The translations under genes were made by a program, and so were the position numbers. Below are positions 11,405 to 20,949 of a DNA stretch of 64,000 nucleotides, piece by piece. The notes under the pieces were generated by a model. That model made no database searches. It was not told the origin of the DNA and was given only the letters and a program-made list of their open reading frames with translations. Position 1 is the first letter of the stretch, and the number at the start of each line of letters is the position of its first letter. The stretch is from Psammoneis japonica (taxonomy: Eukaryota): positions 297,516 through 361,515 of the forward strand of contig QPGO01000071.1 of the NCBI GenBank assembly GCA_008632985.1, read 5' to 3'.

Positions 11405-12979
11405 ATGAGCAACATTAATGGATCCGGTGGCCGTGGGAGGAGTGCTTTATCGTCGGTTGATTTCTATCGACGGGTCCCGAAAGACTTGACCGAGGTATGT
11501 TTTTGTTGGGTGGAGATCTCTGTGCTCTGTAGTACTGGTCTTACGTAGATTTGTACGGCAAATTGATTCTTGTAGATCTCACTCACCTTTTTTCTCTATT
11601 TTTTTTCAAATCTCACTTTTCTATTACTCTAGGCCACTACATTGGGAGCAGCCATGTCGTTGTGTGCCATGGGAGTCATGGCCATTTTGTTCTTTTCGGA
11701 AACCTTTGCTTTTGCTCGTACGAATCTAGCCACGAGCATTAGTCTAGACGAAAACACGCAGCCCCAGATTCGGCTCAACTTTAACATTACAATGCTGGAT
11801 TTGCACTGCGATTACGTCAGTGTCGATGTTTGGGACGCGCTCGGGACGAACCGTCAGAATGTAACGAAAAATGTCGAAAAGTGGCAAATGGATTCCGACG
11901 GCAAACGACGCATTTTCTCCGGGCGAAACCGGGAAGTACGAGAGGTGCAAAACGAAGAACACGAGGAGAGTTTGGAAGAGCTTCATGAGGACGGTATTTA
12001 TGCTATGGACTTGACCGATGAGGATTTTGATGAATTCATCAAGGACCATGACATGGCCTTTATTGACATGTATGCACCGTGGTGTGTTTGGTGTCAGCGG
12101 TTGGCACCCACGTGGGAAAAGTTTGCGCAAGAAGTTGATGCGACTGGTATGCCTGTGGGTGTGGCCAAGGTTGATTGCGTCCAGCATGCACAGCTTTGTC
12201 GGAATCAGCGAGTCATGGCATTTCCCACACTAAGGTGGTATCACAATGGTGAAGCGGTGGCGCCCGACTACAAAATGGACCGTACGGTGCAGAGTCTCAT
12301 TGGCTTTGCGAAACGCAAATTGGAAATGGACGCCAAATACAAGGAGTGGGAAGAGGGTGCCGGTGCCCACAAGGATCAGGCTGCCAAGGATCAAAAGCGT
12401 CAGCTGTACACGCAGCATCGTCCAGAACACCCCGGCTGTCAGGTATCGGGTCATTTAATGGTCAATCGAGTGCCTGGCAACTTCCACATTGAAGCTAAAT
12501 CCAAAAACCACAATCTCAATGCGGCCATGACCAATCTGACCCACGTTGTGAACCACTTGAGTTTTGGTGAACCCGTCCTGACGGGAGATCGTAAAACGAG
12601 ACGGATACTCAAACAGGTTCCGGACGAACATCAGCAGTTTAGTCCCATGGACGGATCGCTCTACCCCACGTTCGATTTTCATCAAGCCTACCATCATTAC
12701 ATCAAGGTGGTGTCGACACATTTAAACATGGGCTCTAGTTCCTCCATGGTGGCGTATCAGTTTTTGGAACAATCGCAAATTGTCTATTATGATCACTACA
12801 ATGTCCCCGAGGCGCGATTCTCGTACGACTTGAGTCCCATGAGTGTTGTGGTGCAGAAGGAGGGACGCAAATGGTACGATTACTTGACCTCGCTTTGTGC
12901 CATTATCGGAGGAACCTTTACTACACTTGGTTTGATTGATGCGACTCTTTACAAGGTGTTCAAGTCAAAGAAGCTTTAG
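11405..12979 (+). CDS. PDI-C-type protein (ERGIC_N + thioredoxin + COPII-coated ERV domain); intron 11495-11632
   Basis: Exon 1 ends SVDFYRRVPKDLTE (ERGIC_N); YAPWCVWCQRL thioredoxin site; GCQVSGHLMVNRVPGNFHI; FSYDLSPM..LCAIIGG; C-terminal KSKKL di-lysine signal. Confidence 0.92.
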
Positions 12980-13421
12980 CGAAGCCATATATAGGCTACA
13001 ATCGTGACTTGTGCGCCACCTACACTACAGTAGTCAATGAATCATAGATGGCACTTCCTTGACAGCAGCTACCGTCATAGTGTAGACTACGAGGCATGCT
13101 ACGAGGGCCTCTCTCGACACCTACAGTAGATAAGAAAGGGGTAGAAGTAAAAGATGATGTTTAATGGTTAGGGAAACTACCTACGGTAGTAGTTTCACTC
13201 CAACTCAAGGCCAACCAAAAAAATGTGAACATTGAGCGAGCATGATGCGTTGAGCGAATTTTTTTAAAAAATCGGCAGGTAAGAGCCGTTAATTTGTATC
13301 GGAATTTAGAGGTAATTACTCAATCATTCCTGTAGCATTTTCTATCATCAATTCAGTTCGTGCGATCAAATTTTCAAATGAAAAAGCTGCAGCACAAGGC
13401 TACAAGTAACAGCAAATAACA

Positions 13422-16400
13422 ATGGCCAACATGTCATTCTCAAAGCTTTTGCTTTCAATCTTTGCCTTATCCTGGGCATGTCAGCTTGTTCTACCGGCCA
13501 ATACCTTTTCAGAAGAAAATTACAAGTCGAACTTTCTTCGAAACCGCAATCTTCAAAACGATCCGTGTGAAGGCGTAGACGAGGAGTTGCTGGAATCTCT
13601 AGTGTTGATCGAGTACACGGGCGACCCACTCAATGATACTTCTCCAGAGCTGACCCTTCTTGAAGAGGCCTTTCAGGCATCCTACAACCAAACCTCACGT
13701 GCCTCTTGTGGGGACAATGGTTTTCGAATTATCGAGCGCATAAGAACCGACACAACTCTAAATCCAGGGTTTTTCCAACCAGTTGCGAGACAAAACAACC
13801 AAGTTCGTGTTCAATTTACGTTGCTTTACAGAATAGCCTTTCGATGCCTTGGTTGTGAGGACAACCGTCGGCTGTTTCTTAATGCTGATGCAAAGTTCAT
13901 CCCAGATGAGTCGCAAGCCCCACCACGAGGAATCAAGGGCATTAACCGAGAGCGGAGTCTGTTACTTACAAAGAAGAAAAAGGAAGAAGATCCCAAGGCC
14001 AACATGATCAAACTACGAAAACCAGAAAAATCCACCAAGATAAAATACACCACCGACATTGAAGCAGCGGCCAACATCTTTTCTCGACAAGACGACGATG
14101 CCTGCCTTTGCGTCGCACCATTAACAGAAGATTTCCGTGATACGTTCAACATCATTATTGATGGACTGGTCACAATCGGAAGCCTTGCAAGTGTGGACTC
14201 GGCGGACGCGATTTATGAGCTCGAGCCAGTGGAGTGTGGCGAAGAGTCTCCTTTCGAATCATTTGTCGAAATCACGCATACGGGCGACGACGATGCCGTT
14301 ACGGAAACTGAGATTGAGGCCCTGGAGAATGGTTATCAAGTGACATATAACAATTTGAATGCATTGAATGGTGAAATTTGTGACATCCTCTTCCGAGTTA
14401 TTGACACTGTTGAAATTGAACGAAACTCAAGCGGTGCTGAGCAACGTCAAGTTGGCGGCTCGAGAGTTTTTACATATCTCTATCGCAGCACCGGAAGGTG
14501 CCGTGGATGCGGTTCCCGGTCTAATTTGTTCAACGACGCGTTTGATAGCACCCCTCCAACTGGAGCCACTCCACCACCCAGCCTTTCACCGACCCCGCTT
14601 CCGACTCCGACCCCTAGACCAAGCTCACTTCAATCTCTCGAAACTACCTTTCCACCGTCGGTGGTTCCGTCGGCAAATCCTACCGACCTTTTCACGTTTT
14701 CTACCTCTTGTTTCTGTCCCATAAACGCAGAGCCACGTTCCCCAGATGAAGTGGAGTTTCAGAGAGAGTTCGAAGACACGATCGAGATTCTTCGAACAAC
14801 TGGTGTGCTTCAGAGCGTTGAGCCGAACGTGATTGTCGAAGACCTTGTGCCGGCCCCGGTTGTACCTACTCCGGTTGCCACTCCGGCTCCAACCCGCTTC
14901 TTTACTCCCTTTCCCAGTGACGTGGCGACGCCACCCCCCTCTTTAACAACCACCATTCCTCCGACGGTCCTTCTCACGTCGCCTCCTAGCGTCTTGGCCA
15001 CTCCACCCCCCTCTTTGACAAGCACTGTTCCTCCGACAGTCCTTCGTACTTCGCCTCCCAGTGTTTTAGCCACGCCACCTCCATCTTTAACAGCCACTGT
15101 TCCTCCGACAGTCCTTCTTACATCGCCTCCCAGTGTCCTGGCCACGCCACCCCCTTCTATAACAAGCACCGTTCCTCCGACGGTTCCTCTTACGCCACCT
15201 CCCAGTGTCTTGGCCACGCCACCTCCCTCTTCATCAAGCACCGTTCCTCCAACAGTTCTTCTTACGCCGCCTCCCAGTATCTTGGCCACACCATCTCCCT
15301 CCTTAACAAGCACCGTCCCTCCGACAGTTCTTCTTACGCCGCCTCCCACTATCTTGGCCACGCCATCACCCTCCTTAACAAGCACCGTTTCTCCGACAGT
15401 TCTTCTTACGCCGCCTCCCACTATCTTGGCCACGCCATCACCCTCCTTAACAAGCACCGTTTCTCCGACAGTTCTTCTTACGCCGCCTCCCAGTATCTTG
15501 GCCACGCCCTCTCCAAGTCTACAATTCACTCTTCCTCCTTCTCTTTTGGCCACCTCTTTACCGTCTGCTGCACTTACTCCCCAGCCAAGTCTTGCATTGA
15601 CACCGTCACCTTCAGTAGTTTTTACTCCGTCGCCATCGACGCCGCCGCCAACAACGACGACAACGCCATCACCAACAACATCAACAACACCATCGCCAAC
15701 AATGGCATCGACACCCTTTACCTCCACATCAGGTGCTCCTTCCACCATACAAACTGCATCACCTACCTCATTTGATCCTTGTGCGAATGTAACTTGCCCT
15801 CCAAATGAAGTTTGTGTCCTTGGCGTCTGCTCTCTTCCCTTTGTAATTTCGTGGAACACGACTCAGTCCGGCGTCGACGAGTTGAAGGGAGGATGGCGGA
15901 TATCTAATAATGGCCAGACGATCCGCTTTATCATCGAAGACGATTTGGTGGTTTGCAATGGTACAAACAGCAACACACAGCGGGGCACTGCGACGGCGAC
16001 TATTGAGGTGCTTAATGACGTTGAATTCGATCCAGAAATCATTGGTAACGCAGAGCTACAAGCGACAAACTTCGAAAGGTTGAACGTTTTCTTGAATGGC
16101 ACCGCAATTGTGAGCGCAACATCTGCAGGGGGGGGTCTCGGATGCTTAATGGGTCCACCAGTCATAAATGAGTTGGTGCCTCCGCCATACATTCTCCAGC
16201 CTGGCTTTATCACCTATACCGTTACTTTCACGACTGGCGACGCACTGTACCACGTCAATGCTTTTTATGAGTTGAACCTGATATTCTCTGGTATTTCCCC
16301 GTCGCCACCACCATCAGGTTCTTCCCTACCAGCAAATCCACCAACTTTGGGTTCCGGTAGTCCTATGCCATCCGCGAAACTTTCATCAGACAGCATGTCG

Positions 16401-16643
16401 ATTCCATCGGCGGCGGCGTTACCTCCGTCTGGGAGTTCATCATCTCTTCCATCAAATACGCCATCGGATTTTTTTCCTACAATGAATCCTTCATCGCAAC
16501 TGTCGGACCGGCCTTCATTTTCCCAGCATCCATCTTCTACAAGCAAGCCTACGTCCATTCCATCCATTGTGCCTACTGATGATGTCGGGAATCCAGATCG
16601 ACGAAGACCACGACGACGCACCAGAAGACCGCGGGAGCAATGA
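13422..16643 (+). CDS. Secreted mucin-like Pro/Thr/Ser-rich protein with two copies of a Cys-containing N-terminal domain
   Basis: 1073-aa ORF; signal peptide; RNRNLQ processing-like site; repeated ES(L/F)VxIxxTG..LExxxQxxYN..C..FR..LYR...RCxGC..LF module; DPCANVTCPPNEVCVLGVC follistatin/EGF-like motif. Confidence 0.85.
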   Translation: MANMSFSKLLLSIFALSWACQLVLPANTFSEENYKSNFLRNRNLQNDPCEGVDEELLESLVLIEYTGDPLNDTSPELTLLEEAFQASYNQTSRASCGDNGFRIIERIRTDTTLNPGFFQPVARQNNQVRVQFTLLYRIAFRCLGCEDNRRLFLNADAKFIPDESQAPPRGIKGINRERSLLLTKKKKEEDPKANMIKLRKPEKSTKIKYTTDIEAAANIFSRQDDDACLCVAPLTEDFRDTFNIIIDGLVTIGSLASVDSADAIYELEPVECGEESPFESFVEITHTGDDDAVTETEIEALENGYQVTYNNLNALNGEICDILFRVIDTVEIERNSSGAEQRQVGGSRVFTYLYRSTGRCRGCGSRSNLFNDAFDSTPPTGATPPPSLSPTPLPTPTPRPSSLQSLETTFPPSVVPSANPTDLFTFSTSCFCPINAEPRSPDEVEFQREFEDTIEILRTTGVLQSVEPNVIVEDLVPAPVVPTPVATPAPTRFFTPFPSDVATPPPSLTTTIPPTVLLTSPPSVLATPPPSLTSTVPPTVLRTSPPSVLATPPPSLTATVPPTVLLTSPPSVLATPPPSITSTVPPTVPLTPPPSVLATPPPSSSSTVPPTVLLTPPPSILATPSPSLTSTVPPTVLLTPPPTILATPSPSLTSTVSPTVLLTPPPTILATPSPSLTSTVSPTVLLTPPPSILATPSPSLQFTLPPSLLATSLPSAALTPQPSLALTPSPSVVFTPSPSTPPPTTTTTPSPTTSTTPSPTMASTPFTSTSGAPSTIQTASPTSFDPCANVTCPPNEVCVLGVCSLPFVISWNTTQSGVDELKGGWRISNNGQTIRFIIEDDLVVCNGTNSNTQRGTATATIEVLNDVEFDPEIIGNAELQATNFERLNVFLNGTAIVSATSAGGGLGCLMGPPVINELVPPPYILQPGFITYTVTFTTGDALYHVNAFYELNLIFSGISPSPPPSGSSLPANPPTLGSGSPMPSAKLSSDSMSIPSAAALPPSGSSSSLPSNTPSDFFPTMNPSSQLSDRPSFSQHPSSTSKPTSIPSIVPTDDVGNPDRRRPRRRTRRPREQ
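14925..15500 (+). repeat. Coding tandem repeat, 8 x 72 bp (24 aa ATPPPSLTSTVPPTVLLTPPPSVL)
   Basis: GCCACGCC recurs with a 72-bp period (e.g. 15141, 15213). Confidence 0.9.
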
Positions 16644-17199
16644 TGAACAAAGAGCTTCCTCTGATGACAGTGACCCCAATCATTTACACTCATGTTGCAC
16701 TGATGGTGGTGGCGGTCAATCCGAGTTATGCTCTATCAAGCAGGAGACGACCAGGAAGCCGATCGAATAAGTTCGTTTCCGACGAGAAAGTTCTTGCAAT
16801 CTAAATCCAACATGCATCATGGACATTGCACTTTTTGATTCAAACACCAAGATTCAAATATACCAAAACGATCAAATGCACATTCTGCGTCTACTTTCTC
16901 CGAGACTTTGCCTATTGGTCATGCATTTTTGTCTGTCATAAGGACAGAACCCAACTCTGTGGAAAGAGATCAATTAGAAAGAAAAAACTTGAAAGTCGAC
17001 TGCGGCAGTCAGTTATAGTTCATAGAAGAAAGTGCAACACAGGGGGGGGGCATTTACCACTTCTTCCGTAGCTCGCATCACCGTAACAGAAATTTATGTC
17101 ACCTACAGAGTTCTTTACCAAGAGGATTACACAGCTGCTTCTCTCTCGTTTCAACACAGATCCTCTTTTCCTGAGTTTTGAGCATCGCAGTTTCCAGTC

Positions 17200-19250
17200 T
17201 AGCAATGCCTGGTTTAAAATTCATCATCACGTCAAAATCACTCATGCACAAGTCGCGTGTGATGTACCAAGTGGTGCCGGTGTGGTTGGAACAGCAGACA
17301 GCAGGGTTGGAGAAAGTGTGTCATGCAGGATGGAAAAGATGGTGTGTTGGTAGTGGGTGAGGCAAGTGATTTTTCAAGTTCCAGGGCATGCCGGGCAAGC
17401 TGATCTGCAAGGGATTGGGTGACAGCATGGCTGATGCTCTAAAGACCACACTTGGAGGGAGCAGCCATGGAATTGAGCAGGGGGGGGGGGGGGGGGGGGG
17501 TTGGCTTCCAGATGGCAAACTGTGAATGGGAAGATGAAGACACCTGCTTGGTTGAGATGGGCTGTTGTGGCAGGAATGTGAGCACCACTGTGTGTCTCAA
17601 TTCAAACTGGAAAAGAGGTGCTGGCTTTGGAACAATGACATCAGCCCATGCACATGTGAGGGAAGATGTCGAGGCAGTGGACAGTGTGAGTGCTTGTCAA
17701 AATTCAGCAGGGCATCCAAGTGGAGTGTGAGGCAGGAGAAAAGGTTTGCAGGTTCATGGTGGACCACACAGAGGTGTTTTGTGACAAAGATTGGCATGAA
17801 GGCCAACTGTCCAGGGGGTGGTGGCAAAGAGGCCATCAGAAATGGATCTCTTGGAAAGGGCAGTCCTGTGACTGGCAAGAGGTCAAACAGAGCAGCAGAA
17901 GGGTGGTTGCTGTGAGGGTCAGCAGCTTCACAATTACAGCAGGACATGTGGGCAAGAGCAGGTTGACATGGGAAGACATCAGCATGATGAAAAAGGCCTT
18001 TTGATGTTTGCTGTGCTCTTGATCAAGCAAGCAAGTTGGTGCAGAGGGCTGCTGACAAGCAGAAAAAGCAGGGGTGGCATTGCTTGAAGGGTGTGCAGAG
18101 AGCCATGCTGCACCAGAGAAAGTGGAGCTCATTGTGTTGGAAAAGTGCTGTCAGGGTTTTTGTGTGTTGAGCTGCTGGGCTGCATTGGAGATTTTTTCAA
18201 TGTGTTCTGCATGCAATTTCTGTGTTGTGATGGTGTGCCATGATTTTCCTGCCATGCTTTGTGCAGAGACAAGCGTGGCTAATGGCTCTGTGCAGTTCTT
18301 TGAGGAGAGGACACACATCGCTGGCTTGTTGACACAGCGCCTGGTGACAAAATGGGTTTCCAGGACTTTGCACACATGTGGGCAGCACTGAGACATTGAG
18401 GCACATGCACTGTGCCACTTTGCTGTGGCTGATTGCTGTTCACAGCAATGTGCTCAATTTCAATGTGGAGAAGCACGGCAGAAATCTTTGGCACATCATC
18501 CCATTTTCCCATCTCCAGATTTTCTGTCTCTGCTCATCCATGCCAAGCAATGTCCAAAGCACAGTGGCCCTGCTCACATGACTGGAGATGAGCCATCATC
18601 CAGCTTGGCTCTCTCACTCTGAATCAACTCATCCACACTTTCCGTTGTGATGACAGGCGTGGCAACTGCTCACATCTGGCGCCAACCCTCTCTCTGAGGC
18701 TCGCCTCAGAGCAGCGCCCAGGACAAGCGCTTCTTGGTTGCAGCTCCAACATTGTCATTTTGGCCTTCAGCTCTGCTGGCATCTTCCTCCTCCTGTTTGC
18801 CCTTGACCAACTTGGACTCAGGCATCACCCAGGCATCACCTGCACACCTTTGTCTCCGACCCAGATCTTTTTCTCACACCAGCACCTCCCCACCTCCCCT
18901 CTCCTCCTCCTCCTCCTCTGCNCTCCTCCTCCTCCTCCTCCCCCCAAGCCCCCTTGGTCTGCTCCCTCCAATTTCTCCAACTCTCAAGCCTCCTGCTCCA
19001 CGTGCCAACTCTCCCTTCTTCTTCGAAGCAACCTCCTTGCCCGCGCCAACACTTCTTCTTGGAAACAACTCTCCCCCCGCCCGGCTGCTTCAGATTGTCC
19101 CACTTGACTTCTCCTCTGCCCCACAATCTTGGGTCACCCAACTTCTCAGCCTCAACATTGGCCTTGCCCTCTCCAACCACCTTTCTACCTGCCAATCTTT
19201 TCTTCGTCGCCACCCCACTGCCATGCACCATGCACACTGTGCCGGTGCAT
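17200..19250. other. TpA/CpG-depleted hypermutated domain 3
   Basis: TA near absent; contains G21 at 17480-17500 and a (CCT)n pyrimidine tract at about 18890-18945 with an N. Confidence 0.8.
17250..18050 (-). mobile_element. Possible relic of the C-terminus (zinc knuckle + RLE endonuclease) of a CRE-like non-LTR retrotransposon
   Basis: Decayed CCNC..ADPHSNH (cf. CxC..DxxGDH), HRTALS..ISDGLF, VHHEPANL; needs de-mutation and frameshifts; a similar tail (SWVTQLLSLNIGLALSNHL) lies on + at about 19100-19200. Confidence 0.3.
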
Positions 19251-19482
19251 GCCATCCACGCAAAAGCACGCCTGCCCGCCATCCACCTCCCCCTTCCTAC
19301 CGTCCGCACGTGCCACCGGCGCACCCTTCTATCTTCTATCTATCTCTCCGCCAATCAACCCTGCCCTTCTTTCTGCCTGCCTTGAGCCTCTGCATTCCTC
19401 GCTCGTCCTCTTCTTCTAAAAACAAAACAAAGTTGGCTGCTTTGCATTCCATGTTGCAGTTTACAGTGCTCTCTGTTCAGCC

Positions 19483-19797
19483 ATGACTGTGCTTGTCAAG
19501 ACTCTCTTGTTCCTTAGTTCATTGATTTTGGTGGGAATTGTTAGCTATGGGGCAATGTACATTGACGGACGTTTCACAGCACTTTTGGTGCCGCCAGCTT
19601 TGGCATTTGTCTTTTCGGACAGCACGATGTTACCACCAAGTGTTGCAGAACGATTGCGTAATCCTGGATGGAACGGAAAATTAGTGCTAGTTTCGGCTGG
19701 CATCTGGTTGGGATTGAAACTGGCGCCAATACAATACAATTATGCAAATTCTGGAGGCCAGGGAAGCGAAAGTAACAGTGACGGCTCCGAGCTGTAA
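19483..19797 (+). CDS. Small multi-pass membrane protein, C-terminal GSEL
   Basis: 104-aa ORF in a normal-composition island (Tyr codons present); 2-3 hydrophobic segments; xxEL ER-retention-like end. Confidence 0.55.
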   Translation: MTVLVKTLLFLSSLILVGIVSYGAMYIDGRFTALLVPPALAFVFSDSTMLPPSVAERLRNPGWNGKLVLVSAGIWLGLKLAPIQYNYANSGGQGSESNSDGSEL

Positions 19798-20172
19798 TGT
19801 CAAATATGTTTTCGGTTCAAGTGACGAGGCCGAGCATTTGACTGAATGAAACGATGTTCGAGATGCAGCCTCGGTTCTGTGGACTTCTTGCAGTCGAAAC
19901 CACTCGAATTCGAAATTTTAAGCGGACACGACATGTTACATGTTTCGCCGTAGTCGTCGGCCATTTGTTTCTAAGGAACGATGTAGGAAGGACAAACCAT
20001 GTCTTATAAGCTCTTTATGATATTCATAATTTGCAAATGAATAATTGAGATTTCAATGAATGCCGAACATAGAACGGTCAGACACATTTTCTCTCCATTG
20101 TCTGGAGAGCAGGTTTTGCTCCACGTCTGACACGTCACCAGTTTCAGCCGCACAAGGACATCAGTTTATGTT

Positions 20173-20463
20173 TCCCTGTTTCGAAAGTAGTCGTAGAAGC
20201 GACTTGGAAGCAGGAGACAAGGAGGGTTGCTATTTAGGCTTGCGAGAGCATTTTGCGCTCGAGGAAGATACAAGATGTGTGCGCGTCGTTTTCTGCGCCG
20301 CCGCTCATCATGTCAAAAGTCCCTGTTTCTAAAGCAGTCGTACAGTAGAAGCGACTTGGAAGGAGGGGACAAGGAGGGTTGATTGCCAGAGGCTTGCGCG
20401 AGCAGTTTTGCACTCGAGAAACATGCAAGATGAGTGCACGTTGTTTTCTGCACCGCCGCTCAT
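20173..20463 (+). repeat. About 140-bp tandem duplication straddling a domain edge (20173-20308 / 20320-20463)
   Basis: TCCCTGTTTC.AAAG.AGTCGTA..GAAGCGACTTGGAAG..GACAAGGAGGGTTG..TTTTCTGC.CCGCCGCTCAT present in both copies. Confidence 0.9.
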
Positions 20464-20949
20464 TCTTCTCTTCTCTGCTTCCTCCACTGTGCTGTGTGCG
20501 CCGTCAGCAGCACAGAACAACTCCCACAAGTTGTCAAGAGGCCATGGTGAAGGGTTGGTGTTGTTCCTTCTATGAAAATGTGATGCCTGTGTCAGCACCT
20601 TTGATGCAGCAGAGTTCTTGGACAACCTGTGGCTGCCTGATTGATGCAGTGTTGTGTGGTGCAAGCCGGGATGACGTGGGCGATCTTGGTTTGTGCAAGA
20701 AATCAATGAACCAACTCAACAATTGTGCCAGTCAACCTGGCACCCTCTGTGGATTTTTGGCCAGCTGGCAGCAAAATGCTCTAGACTGGCATCTAAATGG
20801 GAAAAGACAAAGCGAGGCACACTGAACATGTGGTGGTGGAGGAGCATCACACCAGCCGTCAGCTGTTCTGTGCCTTGGCACTTGGCAGGGCCCGCTGTTC
20901 TGTGCCTTGGCAGGGTGCTGTGGTGCAGCGACATGTGCTGCCCAAAGTC

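Noticed and set aside
14810..15859. 349-aa Gly/Val-rich antisense ORF
   Set aside because: Shadow of the Pro/Thr repeat on the + strand gene
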